Of a stretch of DNA of 45,195 nt, positions 1-11,232 are shown in pieces (the stretch's first letter is position 1; the number at the start of each line of letters is the position of its first letter). Under the pieces are notes generated by a model. The model did no database searches and was not told the DNA's origin. It saw only the letters and a program-made list of their open reading frames with translations. Both the position numbers and the translations under genes were made by a program. Source of the stretch: Macrostomum lignano. Taxonomy: Eukaryota. The stretch covers positions 1 to 45,195 of the forward strand of contig NIVC01004455.1 in NCBI GenBank assembly GCA_002269645.1, in the 5' to 3' direction.

Positions 1-329
1 GATGTTGCAATTCGCGACGCCGAAGGTCGCAACGCGCATTTCTACGCCACTGCGGCTGGCAAGCCGACTGTTGCGAATTCCTGCGCGCCGCCGGCTGCCC
101 AGCTGGCGTGCTGCCGGCATCCGCCTCCGCCGCGGCCGCCTCCGCGGCCAGTAGCAGCAGCCCGATCAGCAACCCCAGCGCCACCGCCTCGGTGGCTTCA
201 GCTTCCGCGGCGGCAGCTTCTACTCTGCCTCGGCGTCGGTCGAAAACTACTCCAACTACGGCTACTCAGCCGTCGACAGCGTCGTCTGGCAATGCGCCGA
301 CTCAGAGCACAGCTGAGATCGGGCTGTGA
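1..329 (+). CDS. 3'-terminal coding segment of an ankyrin-repeat protein, AGAP/centaurin-gamma (ArfGAP) type; 5'-partial, one frameshift near 60
   Basis: Frame 1 gives DVAIRDAEGRNAHFYATAAG; frame 3 continues QADCCEFLRAAGCP plus an Ala/Ser-rich tail to TGA at 327-329. Joined, they align without gaps to the last ankyrin repeat of AGAP1 as I recall it ([34 protein letters not shown]). Confidence 0.6.
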   Translation, partial: CCNSRRRRSQRAFLRHCGWQADCCEFLRAAGCPAGVLPASASAAAASAASSSSPISNPSATASVASASAAAASTLPRRRSKTTPTTATQPSTASSGNAPTQSTAEIGL

Positions 330-439
330 TTGACAGGTCGTTAAACAGGCGTTTTCCCTTCGATGCTTCTTAAATTTGCTTCCTCTGATGCCTGGGCGAT
401 GTCTAACGCTTGTTATGCTGCAGTGTGTTGTACAACACA

Positions 440-640
440 GGTGTTAGATACACTGTCAGACATACTATGTTAGATACTTTGCGTTATGCAATAAGGTGTT
501 AGACACTCTGTGTTAGATACACTGTGTTAGACACACTGTTAGACACATTGTTAGACACACTGTCTTGGACACACTGTGTTAGACATTTTGTTAGATACTC
601 TGCGTTATGCAATCAGGTGTTAGACACACTGTTAGATATA
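440..640. repeat. Degenerate ~14-bp tandem repeat (GTTAGATACACTGT-like)
   Basis: gttaga(t/c)acactgt recurs more than 10 times; this explains the LLDT repeats in ORF 524..925. Confidence 0.85.
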
Positions 641-2873
641 TTGTGTATTAGTGTCCGCCATCTCAGCTTCACACTTCGCCTCATCACTCTGCCGCTAGTC
701 TCCCCACCGCCACGCTGTTTGTTACTCCCTCGCTTTAGCTTGTTATATTTATATATATATATTAACTATTATGTTGTAGTTGTTATTCAATTAACTTCTA
801 ATTATTACTTTTGCACCTGCCGCTTGTCATACTTCACCAGCCCGCTAAACTCGTTGAGCTCAATTAACAGTCATTTTTTCTGTAGATTTCTATCTATTTC
901 GATTTTTTATAATGTATTGACATAACCGTGTGCCGATATGAATGATCAAATTCGATTCAATAACCCACCCTAGCAACAAATAAATGCATTGTTGTTATTG
1001 TTGTTACTATACTTGTTGTTGATTTTTTTACCGTTTCACAAGCAAAATAATATGCTGATTTACTACTACTAATATGTGTCAATAGTAGTATCTGCAATAA
1101 GGCATGATTTTTTCTACGCAAAACAAATAATTGTCACCCGCATGGCATCTAGTCAGTGCTTGGCCAGCGTTGGATGCAATCAGGCAATGTCCTCATCGGA
1201 TTTTATCTGCTCGGTATTTTACTTGTATATAATAATTGTTTTCATTTTTTAAATTAATTGCAATTTTCTTCACCGCTCAGTGTGTCGCCGCGTTTTATTG
1301 GAAATTTAATATGTTTGTTATTACCTGCATATGGAGTTTCTGGCCTGCATGCGTGAGGCAGTGTGCAGTTGCTGTTTGTTAGATTCATATAACCCGCGTG
1401 AACAACTTCTTCAACTCGTTGCTTTGTTATTATGATTGAATCGTTTGTGCAAATTCGCTCGTGTAAAATGGTTGCAATATACAATAAATTTCTATTCATA
1501 TTATTATAAGTAGTATGGACTACTATTATTTGTATCGATATTTGCTTGCGTTGGCTCAGCACAAGGAAAAATGGCACAGCTAAAATTAAAGTATTTTCTG
1601 TTAATTTATTTTATTGCTATTGCAAATTTCGATGGCCTGATGCATCAGCTACTACTTAGTTCAATAAATAAGTTTGATCAGCTGATTCTCACTTATTCGG
1701 CACTGTGAAACCTACTAATACTGTGAAAAAAGGAAGGTATATTAATAACCATTAACCACTTCAGTACAGTAAAGCTTCGCAATACCTAGATACATGCATT
1801 CTTTCATTCTTTTTCTTAAGGCAATTAAATGACCTGTTAAGTTATTATCGATACATGTCGGCTATCAACAAAATTTATTTTTGTATTTTACGCGTTGTAT
1901 ACTGCCTCTTGTGAACCACTAAGTTTAAAAGCTTGTTAGCTGTTATTTATTATTCCTTATTGATAGGAAAGATTTGAGATTTATGATTTATATGATTTGC
2001 ATCTACATGTAAGAATCTACATGCATGGTAATAATATGGTCAAAAAGAGTAGGATAGCGCCAGCGGGTGTATTGAGTTCGATTGGAACAGAAGGACAGTC
2101 TGGTAATCGGTTTAAGTTGCGAAGTAACCGCCAGGCATTTGCCTACCCCAGCCTTTCTTACTGCTCAGTACCTATTTAAGCTTAGCTCAAATGCATGATG
2201 AAACTTAACATTTTTTATCTTAGCTTTTTCTTTGCCTGTCCGTGATAGCCTACTGTAAGTACGACACAATGGAAAATGATTTTTTTTATTTACATAGCTT
2301 TAAATCTTTTTTTAGTAGGCTTTTAATTCTCGGTGTCCCAAATTCAAATGCCATTGTCTATAGCCTCGGGATTTATACACCATAGCTGCCTCTATCAGCG
2401 TTCAAAACGCTGATATGCTATTACAAACTTATCAAGATATTTAATGTTAGACCCACCCATTTGCCTGCACTAAAACTGCAGCCACGCAGACCATGCGTGC
2501 CCTCTCTGTGTTAATTCATCTAACTAGCTAACTATGCAAATAAGATGGGTCGGGCGGAAAAATATCAAGCCACCACCCCAACACTGCCCCGAGCACAATG
2601 CCGAGGGTTATAAATACAATGCAATTGGAAGAGCCGAGGCTCTCCACTGCCGAGTTGAGTAAAGTTTGAGTTCAAACCTAAGAAAGGACAATTGTCTCAG
2701 TTCTTCGAAGTTTCTGTCTGTCGTGGCAGAGGGTAGCAGGCGTGTAGGTAGTTGGCGTGAGAGGCCTTCAGAGACTACCGATAAATGACCTGTTACGGCC
2801 TCAAAAGGAATTTTTCATCTCATGTAAAACATAAACATAATATTTTACGGGATATTATTGAATATATTTACGA

Positions 2874-3398
2874 CTTAATGCCCTGGTGCTTAATGCCCCT
2901 GGTGCTTAATGTCCCTGGTGCTTAATGCCCCTGGTGCTTAATGCCCCTGGTGCTTAATGCCCCTGGTGCTTAATGTCCCTGGTGCTTAATGCCCCTGGTG
3001 CTTAATGCCCCTGGTGCTTAATGCCCCTGGTGCTTAATGCCCCTGGTGCTTAATGCCCCTGGTGCTTAATGCCCCTGGTGATTAATGCCCCTGGTGCTTA
3101 ATGTCCCTGGTGCTTAATGCCCCTGGTGCTTAATGCCCCTGGTGCTTAATGCCCTGGTGCTTAATGCCCCTGGTGCTTAATGCCCCTGGTGCTTAATGCC
3201 CCTGGTGCTTAATGCCCCTGGTGCTTAATGCCCCTGGTGCTTAATGCCCCTGGTGCTTAATGCCCCTGGTGCTTAATGCCCCTGGTGCTTAATGCCCCTG
3301 GTGCTTAATGCCCCTGGTGCTTAATGCCCCTGGTGCTTAATGCCCCTGGTGCTTAATGCCCCTGGTGCTTAATGCCCCTGGTGCTTAATGCCCCTGGT
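2874..3398. repeat. 16-bp minisatellite (GCCCCTGGTGCTTAAT)n, ~33 copies
   Basis: Directly visible and highly homogeneous; followed by a MITE-like end aaaatcctggctacgccca. Confidence 0.97.
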
Positions 3399-3551
3399 TC
3401 TGGCGCCTCCTAAAGACCCCCCCCCAACAAAAATCCTGGCTACGCCCAAGAACGCTTCACTATATGGGAGGTGTTTAGACCGAATTCTGACCGAAACTCA
3501 ATTTGAATTTGGCACTCAGCCTCTGTAATTCCTACATTTATGCAAAAGTAC

Positions 3552-4212
3552 ATTTCTTCGCCAAAAATGGTCTATAACTATACACACGTCCCAACCATTT
3601 CCAGTGTAGTAGGTTAAATTCTATAGAAATGCTGTCAGCAATTGTCACATGCATTAATTCAGCTTCTTTAATTCGAAACTGCAATGCTTCCTCGCTTTAG
3701 GCTATGACTTGACCTGAAAGGAGTGGCAGCGCATGCATTAATAGTGGTCCAAGCCATTGCTTCAATGAGCTCAATACCGATCCGATCGATCGCTCACTAT
3801 TGGAATCCCCTGAGCCACCACCCCCCGTTTCCAGCCACCTTTGACTCCAACACAACTACTAGAGGCGTGCTGGTAAGTTGAACGACGCTGGTGTGCAGGA
3901 CTTTGCACGCAGCTCAGTTGTAAGCCATGAAAAGCCAAGCTACTCAGCAGAGTGGGCAAATGCAAACCAGCCCCAGCCCACTGCCTGGCTGGGTGTAGCG
4001 ATGTCCGGCAGCTCAAAGCACCTGCTCTGAGCTGAGAGAGTGAGGAAGCTAGCTATTCCCAAGTCTTTAAAGGTTTGAAATGGAATCAGCCTGTTTGCCG
4101 AGAAGTCCAAGTCCGACAAAATTTCGTATTCGTCTGCGTTGGCCGAGAAATTTCGACATGACAATCACTTGAGCTCTGTTTGGAATTTTTGTCTGCCTGT
4201 GCCTGGCTGCGG
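3552..4212 (+). pseudogene. Duplicated upstream region plus dead signal-peptide exon of the WSC gene (copy A)
   Basis: Near-identical to 12152-12810. ATG at 4158 reads MTIT*ALFGIFVCLCLAA (CGA->TGA at 4170); homology stops at 4212, before the splice donor. Confidence 0.85.
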
Positions 4213-4989
4213 ATTGCTTGTTTTATCATAGAAACGCGTGCCGTTTTAACTATATGAATAATGCATAGAACCATAACCAAACCATGCATATAACAATTTT
4301 AACCATAGAAATTCTGTTTAACAATATGAATTTCAGAAAACAAGAATACTGAGATGACCGACGGTGGCGACTGCTAAGGGTCTTCGACTTCGAAGTGTCG
4401 GTTGAACTACTAAAATTGAGTTACTTTAACACGGTGTTGGGATATGACATTTTGCGCAAATTATTAATAACTTAAAACCATGAAATTGAGGCTCAAAATT
4501 CTGCTCAGAATTTTGCTCAAAGCTCTGCTCAGAAGAACAGAAATTGATGACGGAATTTAATGGCGAGTTGAAGTAAAATCAAAATTATAAAAGATCACTG
4601 CAAATTAAGCAGTTTTACGATAAATTCTTACTTTAAATTTGTTATAAGAATACTCCCTAACAGTGAGGTGGCGGTAACTAATATCTGGTTGATAGGGAAG
4701 TAACCATATAGCTTTTGATTGAAATTAAATAAAACTGTTGCTCTCCTGGCTAATGCCACTAATAACACGAACGTTGCTGCTAGACCTATCTTTATTTCAT
4801 TTTATCGATGGTATGCGAGGGCGCTCGCTACCAATGCATAACTGAAGTGGAAGGCCGGCAAGGAACTGCAGAATGGGGTTCTACGCTCGTATCATTAGAG
4901 AAAAACCTCTCAAGAGCTCTTTTCTGCTCTGCCTAACCAAATGGCTATTGGCCTCAAGCAACCTCTAAAGAGCCGCAGCAGCAAAAATG

Positions 4990-5400
4990 CAAGACAAAGT
5001 GGCTGAGCTAGAATAAGCCAGGGACTAACCAAGAGACGGGGGCTGAGCTAGACTAAGCCAGGGACTAACCAAGAGACAAAGTGGCTGAGCTAGACTAAGC
5101 CAAAGACTAACCAAGAGACAAAGTGGCTGAGCTAGAATAAGCCAGGGACTAACCAAGAGACAAAGTGGCTGAGCTAGGATAAGCCAGGGACTAACCAAGA
5201 GACGGGGGCTGAGCTAGACTAAGCCAGGGACTAACCAAGAGACAAAGTGGCTGAGCTAGACTAAGCCATGGACTAACCAAGAGACAAAGTGGCTGAGCTA
5301 GACTAAGCCATGGACTAACCAAGAGACAAAGTGGCTGAGCTAGACTAAGCCAGGGACTAACCAAGAGACAAAGTGGCTGAGCTAGACAAAGCCAGGGACT
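4990..5400. repeat. 42-bp minisatellite (GAGACAAAGTGGCTGAGCTAGACTAAGCCAGGGACTAACCAA)n
   Basis: About 10 copies; second array at ~17120-17515. Confidence 0.95.
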
Positions 5401-5779
5401 AATTAAGTCAAGCAATCATTACATCACGATCACTGCGTACTTAGAATCTTTGAAAGAGCGACCTTAAGACTAATTTTTAGTGCTTGGATATGAGCAAAAG
5501 AGGGAAGAGCTCAAGGGTATGATTGACCATAAACTATGGATTGTGTTGATTAAAAGCTCACTTACGGGACTGCTTTCTTAGACTTTATCAGGGCGCACTG
5601 AAAGAGAGAGATGGCTTTGATTGACAGGACAATCTTCCATTTCCTGTTTGGACGGAGTCAACGACAACGAATTGGAAGTTCATTTTCAGATTTTCAGATT
5701 TTCAGACGGCGGATAGAAAAAACTTTATCGACTTCTACGTGAATCTGTAGTCGAGGTCTGAGGGTCAGAAGCACCGGAC

Positions 5780-6170
5780 CCTGTCTTTTGGTTGGGCGCC
5801 CCTGTCTCTTGGTGGGCGCCCCTGTCTCTTGGTGGGCGCCCCTGGCTCTTGGAGGGCGCCCCTGTCTTTTGGTTGGGCGCCCCTGTCGCTCCGTGGGCGC
5901 CCCTGTCTCTTTGTTGGGCGCCCCTGCCTCTTGGTTGGGCGCCCCTGTCTCTTGGTGGGCGCCCCTGTCTCTCCGTGGGCGCCCCTGTCTCTTGGTGGGA
6001 GACCCTGTCTCTTGGTTGGGCGCCCCTGTCTTTTGGTTGGGCGCCCCTGTCTCTCCGTGGGCGCCCCTGTCTCTCCGTGGGTGCCCCTATCTCTCCGTGG
6101 GCTCCACTGTCTCTCCGTGGGCGCCCCTATCTCTCCGTGGGCGCCCCTGTCTCTCGGTGGGCGTTCCTCT
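5780..6170. repeat. 20/21-bp GC-rich minisatellite (GGGCGCCCCTGTCTCTTGGT)n
   Basis: Directly visible; second array at ~17893-18262. Confidence 0.95.
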
Positions 6171-6387
6171 CTCTTAGGCCGCGGTGTATGCTAAGCCAGG
6201 AACGATTGGGGGGGGGGTGGCCCCCAAGCCCCCTCTGCTTATACCAAATGACCAAACCTAATGGTAAGACATAGACAGTGCTTAGGAAAGTTTTAGATGA
6301 CACTATACATACTGTCTGTGGCAAAACCCCATTAGCAGCATTTGGTTCAATAATTTCGGCTGTTGATTCCAGAACTAATAAGCTGTA

Positions 6388-6432
6388 TGCACAGGGACTG
6401 TAGCCTGGTGGTTAGAGCGTCTGACTCCAAAT
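6388..6432 (+). mobile_element. 5' fragment of tRNA-derived SINE (A box only)
   Basis: tgtagcctggtggttagagcgtctgactc matches the head of the SINE at 24834; duplicate at ~18490-18525. Confidence 0.6.
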
Positions 6433-6711
6433 GAAAGTCAGTTCAACAATAAGGGAACAACAATAAGTTCAAAAATAGATCAGTCTTATTGTTGGAGCTC
6501 CGCAGAGGAGGAAAATATTGTCTCCGTTCTGATACTATCCTTAACCAGCCTTCGCTCTTAGCTTCAACGCCCTAATCGGGGGACTGGCCCACCAGTGAAG
6601 CCTTTAAAAGGGACTAAATATAGGGGAACGCAAGTCTATAATCAATAGAGCCACAGAGAGTCGGCTATGTGTTTAATCTTGCGTTCAATTCACTCTTTTG
6701 CCAAGCTATGC

Positions 6712-7560
6712 TTTCACTGAGTTTCTGATCACTGAGTTTTTGATCACTGAGTTTCTTATCACTGATTTGCTGATCACTGAGTTGCTGATCACTGAGTTTC
6801 TTATCACTGATTTGCTGATCACTGATTTGCTGATCACTGAGTTGCTGATCACTGAGTTGCTGATCACTGAGTTGCTGATCACTGAGTTTCTGATCACTGA
6901 GTTGTTGATCACTGAGTTGTTGATCACTGAGTTGTTGATCACTGAGTTGCTGATCACTGAGTTGCTAGGAATTGAGTTGCTGATCACTGAGTTTCTGATC
7001 ACTGAGTTGTTGATCACTGAGTTGCTGATCACTGAGTTGCTGATCACTGGGTTGCTGATCACTGAGTTGCTAGGCACTGAGTTGCTGATCACTGAGTTGC
7101 TGATCACTGAGTTGCTAATCACTGAGTTGCTGATCACTGATTTGCTGATCACTGAGTTGCTGATCACTGAGTTGCTGATCACTGAGTTTCTGATCACTGA
7201 GTTTCTGATCACTGAGTAGCTGATCACTGAGTTGTTGATCACTGAGTTTCTGATCACTGAGTTTCTGATCACTGAGTTGCTGATCACTGAGTTGCTGATC
7301 ACTGGGTTGCTGATCACTGAGTTGCTAGGCACTGAGTTGCTGATCACTGAGTTGCTGATCACTGAGTTGCTAATCACTGAGTTGCTGATCACTGATTTGC
7401 TGATCACTGAGTTGCTGATCACTGAGTTGTTGATCACTGAGTTTCTGATCACTGAGTTTCTGATCACTGAGTTGTTGATCACTGAGTTGCTGATCACTGA
7501 GTTGCTAGGAATTGAGTTGCTGATCACTCAGTTATTGGTCATTGAGTTGCTAATCACTGT
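6712..7560. repeat. 15-bp minisatellite (CTGATCACTGAGTTG)n
   Basis: More than 50 copies; produces the spurious LITEL / NSVIS ORFs. Confidence 0.97.
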
Positions 7561-7955
7561 TGATCCAAAGCTCAATATTTATGTAAAATGACGCTTTCTA
7601 AAGTGCTGAAGCTTTGTGCTTCACGCATTTCTAATTGAAATAACAAAAACGGATTATTTATTCCTAGTTTTTAAACAACAAGCCACAACCTTTCGCAAAG
7701 TCCGTAATACGTACGAGTTATATTTTTGGACTCGTTCTTGCATTCTTGGGTTCACTTTGTCAACAAAAGAGTTGCAAAGAAAATTCGAACGTTGGCCAGG
7801 TGATAGCAGCTGGTCAAAAGACACTGCTCACTGGGGCAAAGGGTGGCGACTTTTCAATATTGCTGAGTATATAAATAACGCAGAGGCTCAGGCAACAGGT
7901 GCAAGAGGGTAAAGCATGCAGGCTGGAAAATACATTACGGTGCTTCTGGTGCTGG

Positions 7956-8095
7956 CGCTCCTGATGCTAAAGCCTCTGGTGCTAAAGCCCCTGATGCTAA
8001 AGTCCCTGGTGCTAAAGCCTCTGATGCTAATGCCCCTGGTGCTAAAGCCCCTGATGCTAAAGTCCCTGGTGCTAAAGCCTTTGGTGCTAAAGCTT
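7956..8095. repeat. 15-bp minisatellite (GCCCCTGGTGCTAAA)n, ~9 copies
   Basis: Variant units visible; closely related to the 16-bp satellite; duplicate at ~20096-20235. Confidence 0.85.
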
Positions 8096-8124
8096 TGTAT
8101 AGTTGGTTTGCAGGTATGTACATC

Positions 8125-10782
8125 TGTTATGTACATCTGTTTGGCGATATTGATCTGTCGAAGCTAAAGTATAAATATACCAGTCGGAAGGGCAAAGGGG
8201 TTTGCATATGTAAGTTCGTGTGTACCCCAAAATCAGTCTGACTTTCTCAACACAAAATTGGCGTCGCAAGCTAGGCCAACCCCCGCAAGTTGGGGTTTCG
8301 AAGTTTCACTAACTAAAGTTGAGTGCCAGCCCAGCCTAGAAGCCCGCCACTGCAAAGTAAACAAGCACCTAACAGAAAAAGTACACAGTGCTCAGAATGT
8401 CTCAGTCAGCGACAGCTCCTAGCACATCGGAGGTGCCAAGGATCAACATCTCGCCACCAGAGCAATTCCTGCCTCAACTGGGACCGCCAACGAAGCCGTG
8501 GAATGAGTGGAAGAGCCTGTCTGACAACTACTTAATGGCGGTGGGCTTCGACACTCTACCAGACGCGAGAAAGCGAGCCCTGCTTCTGCACTGCTGGGTG
8601 CTGAAGGACAGCGGATCTTCGCAGCGATGCAGCCACCGCCATCTTTCGGCAGCGAGGGCAGCGACGCGGTGAGAAAATTGATGACTTTGTGGCAGCGCTG
8701 AACACGCTGGCCGGCTCGTGCGAGTTCGGCGGCATGACGGACGAGATGATTCGCGACCAGACCGTGGAGAAGGTCGTCGACAGGCGAATCAGAGAGCGCC
8801 TGCTTATCGAGGAGGGCCTGACGCTCAAGACGGCGGTGACGCTGAGTCAGCAGTGGGAGACCAGCATCACGGAAGCCAGGGCGATCGAGACTGGCGGCGC
8901 AGTTGCCATGGCAAGCCGAGGCGAGGCGGATGTGAACAAGGTGCAACATCAGTTCGGAAAGTCAAGAGCTCAAGGACGAGCGGCTGTCGGGCGAGAGTCC
9001 TGTCCGAATTGCGGAGGCAGCCACAACAGGCGAGCGCGATGTCCTGCTGAAGGCAAGTCCTGTTATGCCTGTGGCAAGCAGAACCATTTTGGCAGGATGT
9101 GCAGGTCGCAGGGCACCAAGGTGGCCGAGGTCGGAGACGAGAGCAGCCGCGAGGTGTTCACCGTGCGTGGCACGGCCAGTCCCGACATCAGGTGCCGGCT
9201 GAGGGTCCAGGGCAGCTGGCTGAGCCTGCTGGTCGACTCGGGCGCGAAAGTGTCCATTCTATCGGAGAGGACCTACCGGAAGCTCGGGACCAAGGTGCTG
9301 CTGCAGCCATCCACCAGGAAGCTCATCGCTTACGACGGCAAGGCTATCGACGTGATGGGACAGGTGGTGCTGTCGGTCAACTACCGCGGGCAGAGTGTGC
9401 CGTTCTTCTGCTTCATAGTAGTGCAGCAGGGATCCGACATCATGGGCACCGATCTGATGCAGCAGCTCAGCTTCCAAGTGGTGGACTGGGACGGCGACCT
9501 GGTGCGCACCGTGGACAAGACCAGGCAGCTGCCGGCCTGGCTGCCAGACCGCTTCGAGCAGCTGACGCGAGGACTCGGCCGTATTCGGGGGTTCGAGCAC
9601 CGGCCCCGAGTGAACCCCGCAGTGCCTCCAGTGGCGCAGCTTCTCCGCCGGACGTCGCTCAGCCTCAAGGAGAAGGTCCAAGCTAAGATCGATCAGCTTC
9701 TAGCGGACGGGATAGTCGATGAGATCCAGGTATCCGAATGGATCTCGAATCTGGTGGTCGTCCCAACGCCTGACGACAAGATCCGAATCTGCAATGACCT
9801 CAGGTGCCCCAACAAGGCAATTGTGCCGGACAAGCTGCCTCTGCCGACATTCGTGGAGCTGACCACGGAGTTCAATGGCTCGACGGTTTTCTCAAAACTA
9901 GATCTGAACTCATCGTATCTGCAGCTTGAGCTCGCCGAAGACAGACGCGATATGACAGCCTTCATCACGGAGAATGGTCTCTATTGGTAACTGCGGTTTG
10001 TTTCGGTCTCAACAGCGCCCCGGCAGCGTTCCAGAAGGTGCTGAGCAAGATTCTGAACGGCTGCTCAGGAACGGTACAATACGTCGAAGACAGTCGTACA
10101 CGCTGCCAGTGAGACTGAGCATCACGAGCGGCTCACTGCGGTGCTCGACAAGCTGCTGGCCGCAAGCTACTGGCTGCGTCACTTCGAACGCAGGCAAGTG
10201 CCAGTGGGCTGCTGAGTCTGTGCAGTTCCTGTGCTACATCATCTCTGCAAGCGGCCTGCGACCAATGCAGTCAAACGTGGACGCTATCGAGCAGGTGCCG
10301 GAGCCGAAGAGCGCTGAGGCGGTTGCGGCATTCCTTGGAATGGTAAAATTCCAAGCATTCTGGACTGGGACTGGTCCACAGACTGCCAGAAGGCTTTCAC
10401 GACGCTCAAGAAGATGGTACTGGCGCCGACCTGTCTGAGGTTTTTTAGTCCGGATGAGAAGATCATCGTTGCCTGCGACAGCTCGGCGCATGCTCTGGGC
10501 GCAGTTCTGCTTCAAGAAGACTGCTCCGGCGTCCGGAGACCAGTCGCGTTTGCATCCAGAACTCTGTCAGCGACTGAGCGCAAGTACTCCGCGTCTGAAA
10601 GAGAGGCATTGGCATGCATCTTCGCCTGTGAGAGGTGGCACTATTTCCTGTTCGGCCGGAGATTCGAGCTGCACACGGACCATCAGGCGCTGACTACGTT
10701 GCTGACGGCTCAGGGCAGCGGCCACCGGCCATTGAGACTGCACCGGTGGGCCGACCGCCTGCTCGCGTACGACTTCCAGGTC
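8125..10782 (+). mobile_element. Decayed Ty3/Gypsy (Mag-like) LTR retrotransposon, copy A: putative 130-bp 5' LTR, PBS, gag, protease, RT, RNase H; no integrase or 3' LTR
   Basis: TGT...ACA segment 8125-8254 with TATAAATA, then AAAT-TGGCGTCG. Gag ATG at 8397; two zinc knuckles (CPNCGGSH..CPAEGKSCYACGKQNHFGRMC); protease LVDSG; RT motifs; RNase H CDSS..LGAVL and TDHQAL. Has frameshifts and a 106-bp gag deletion. Confidence 0.93.
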
Positions 10783-11232
10783 TGCTTTGACGTTGGACTT
10801 CACGTCGCACCACTTCTTCCTACATTCTTCGCCTGTACATTTATTTCCTCCGATCACATTCACACCAGCTGCGATGGTCTCCCAACAGGCCTTCTTTCTC
10901 CTCTGCATCTCAACCTTTTGATCCTTTGAGTTAAAAATGCCCAAGTATTTGTTGACATAGCTAAGTAATTCTTCTATTTCTATGCGATTAGTGCTTTAAG
11001 TGCGTCTTACGACTGATACCGAGCAGTCGTAGGGTTAAGATCAACCTTACGAAAGACCATAGACATACGAACGTTTCGAGAAACAGTCTTTTGCGCAAAG
11101 TTACGAACTCGTAAAGTTGCGATCAATCTTACGCATAGCTAACTTGCGAGCCCTTCGAGCAACCCGCAAGTGTAGCTTACCCAACTTACGTCCATGGCCG
11201 ATCGTAAGTTGCTTTCGAGAAAGACCCCCCAG
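10783..11232 (-). mobile_element. PIF/Harbinger-type transposon end with Myb/SANT DNA-binding domain fragment
   Basis: Minus strand reads EIEELLSYVNKYLGIFNSK..KKACWETIAAGVNVIGGNKCTGEECRKKWCDVKSNVK (Myb_DNA-bind_5-like). Terminus CTGGGGGGTCTTTCTCGAAAGC and repeated CTTACG/CGTAAG subterminal motifs. Confidence 0.7.

Noticed and set aside
1254-1577. 107-aa minus-strand ORF
   Set aside because: No recognisable motif, AT-rich, non-ATG start; probably UTR or intergenic.
1571-1708. 45-aa hydrophobic ORF MAQLKLKYFLLIYFIAIANF...
   Set aside because: AT-rich DNA yields such peptides by chance; composition is unlike the GC-rich exons here and no domain is evident.
3940-4164. Minus-strand ORF with LRR-like LSDLDFSANRL, in three copies
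   Set aside because: Single motif with no LRR periodicity; conservation is explained by DNA duplication of the WSC upstream/exon-1 block on the other strand.
5788-6274. Overlapping GAP/WAP/GRP-repeat ORFs (also 17839-18368, 5191-5415, 17044-17235)
   Set aside because: By-products of the 20/21-bp and 42-bp minisatellites.
6698-7591. Long ORFs LITEL.../NSVIS... (also 18792-19730)
   Set aside because: Translations of a 15-bp satellite that is open on both strands; no unique coding flanks or splice context.
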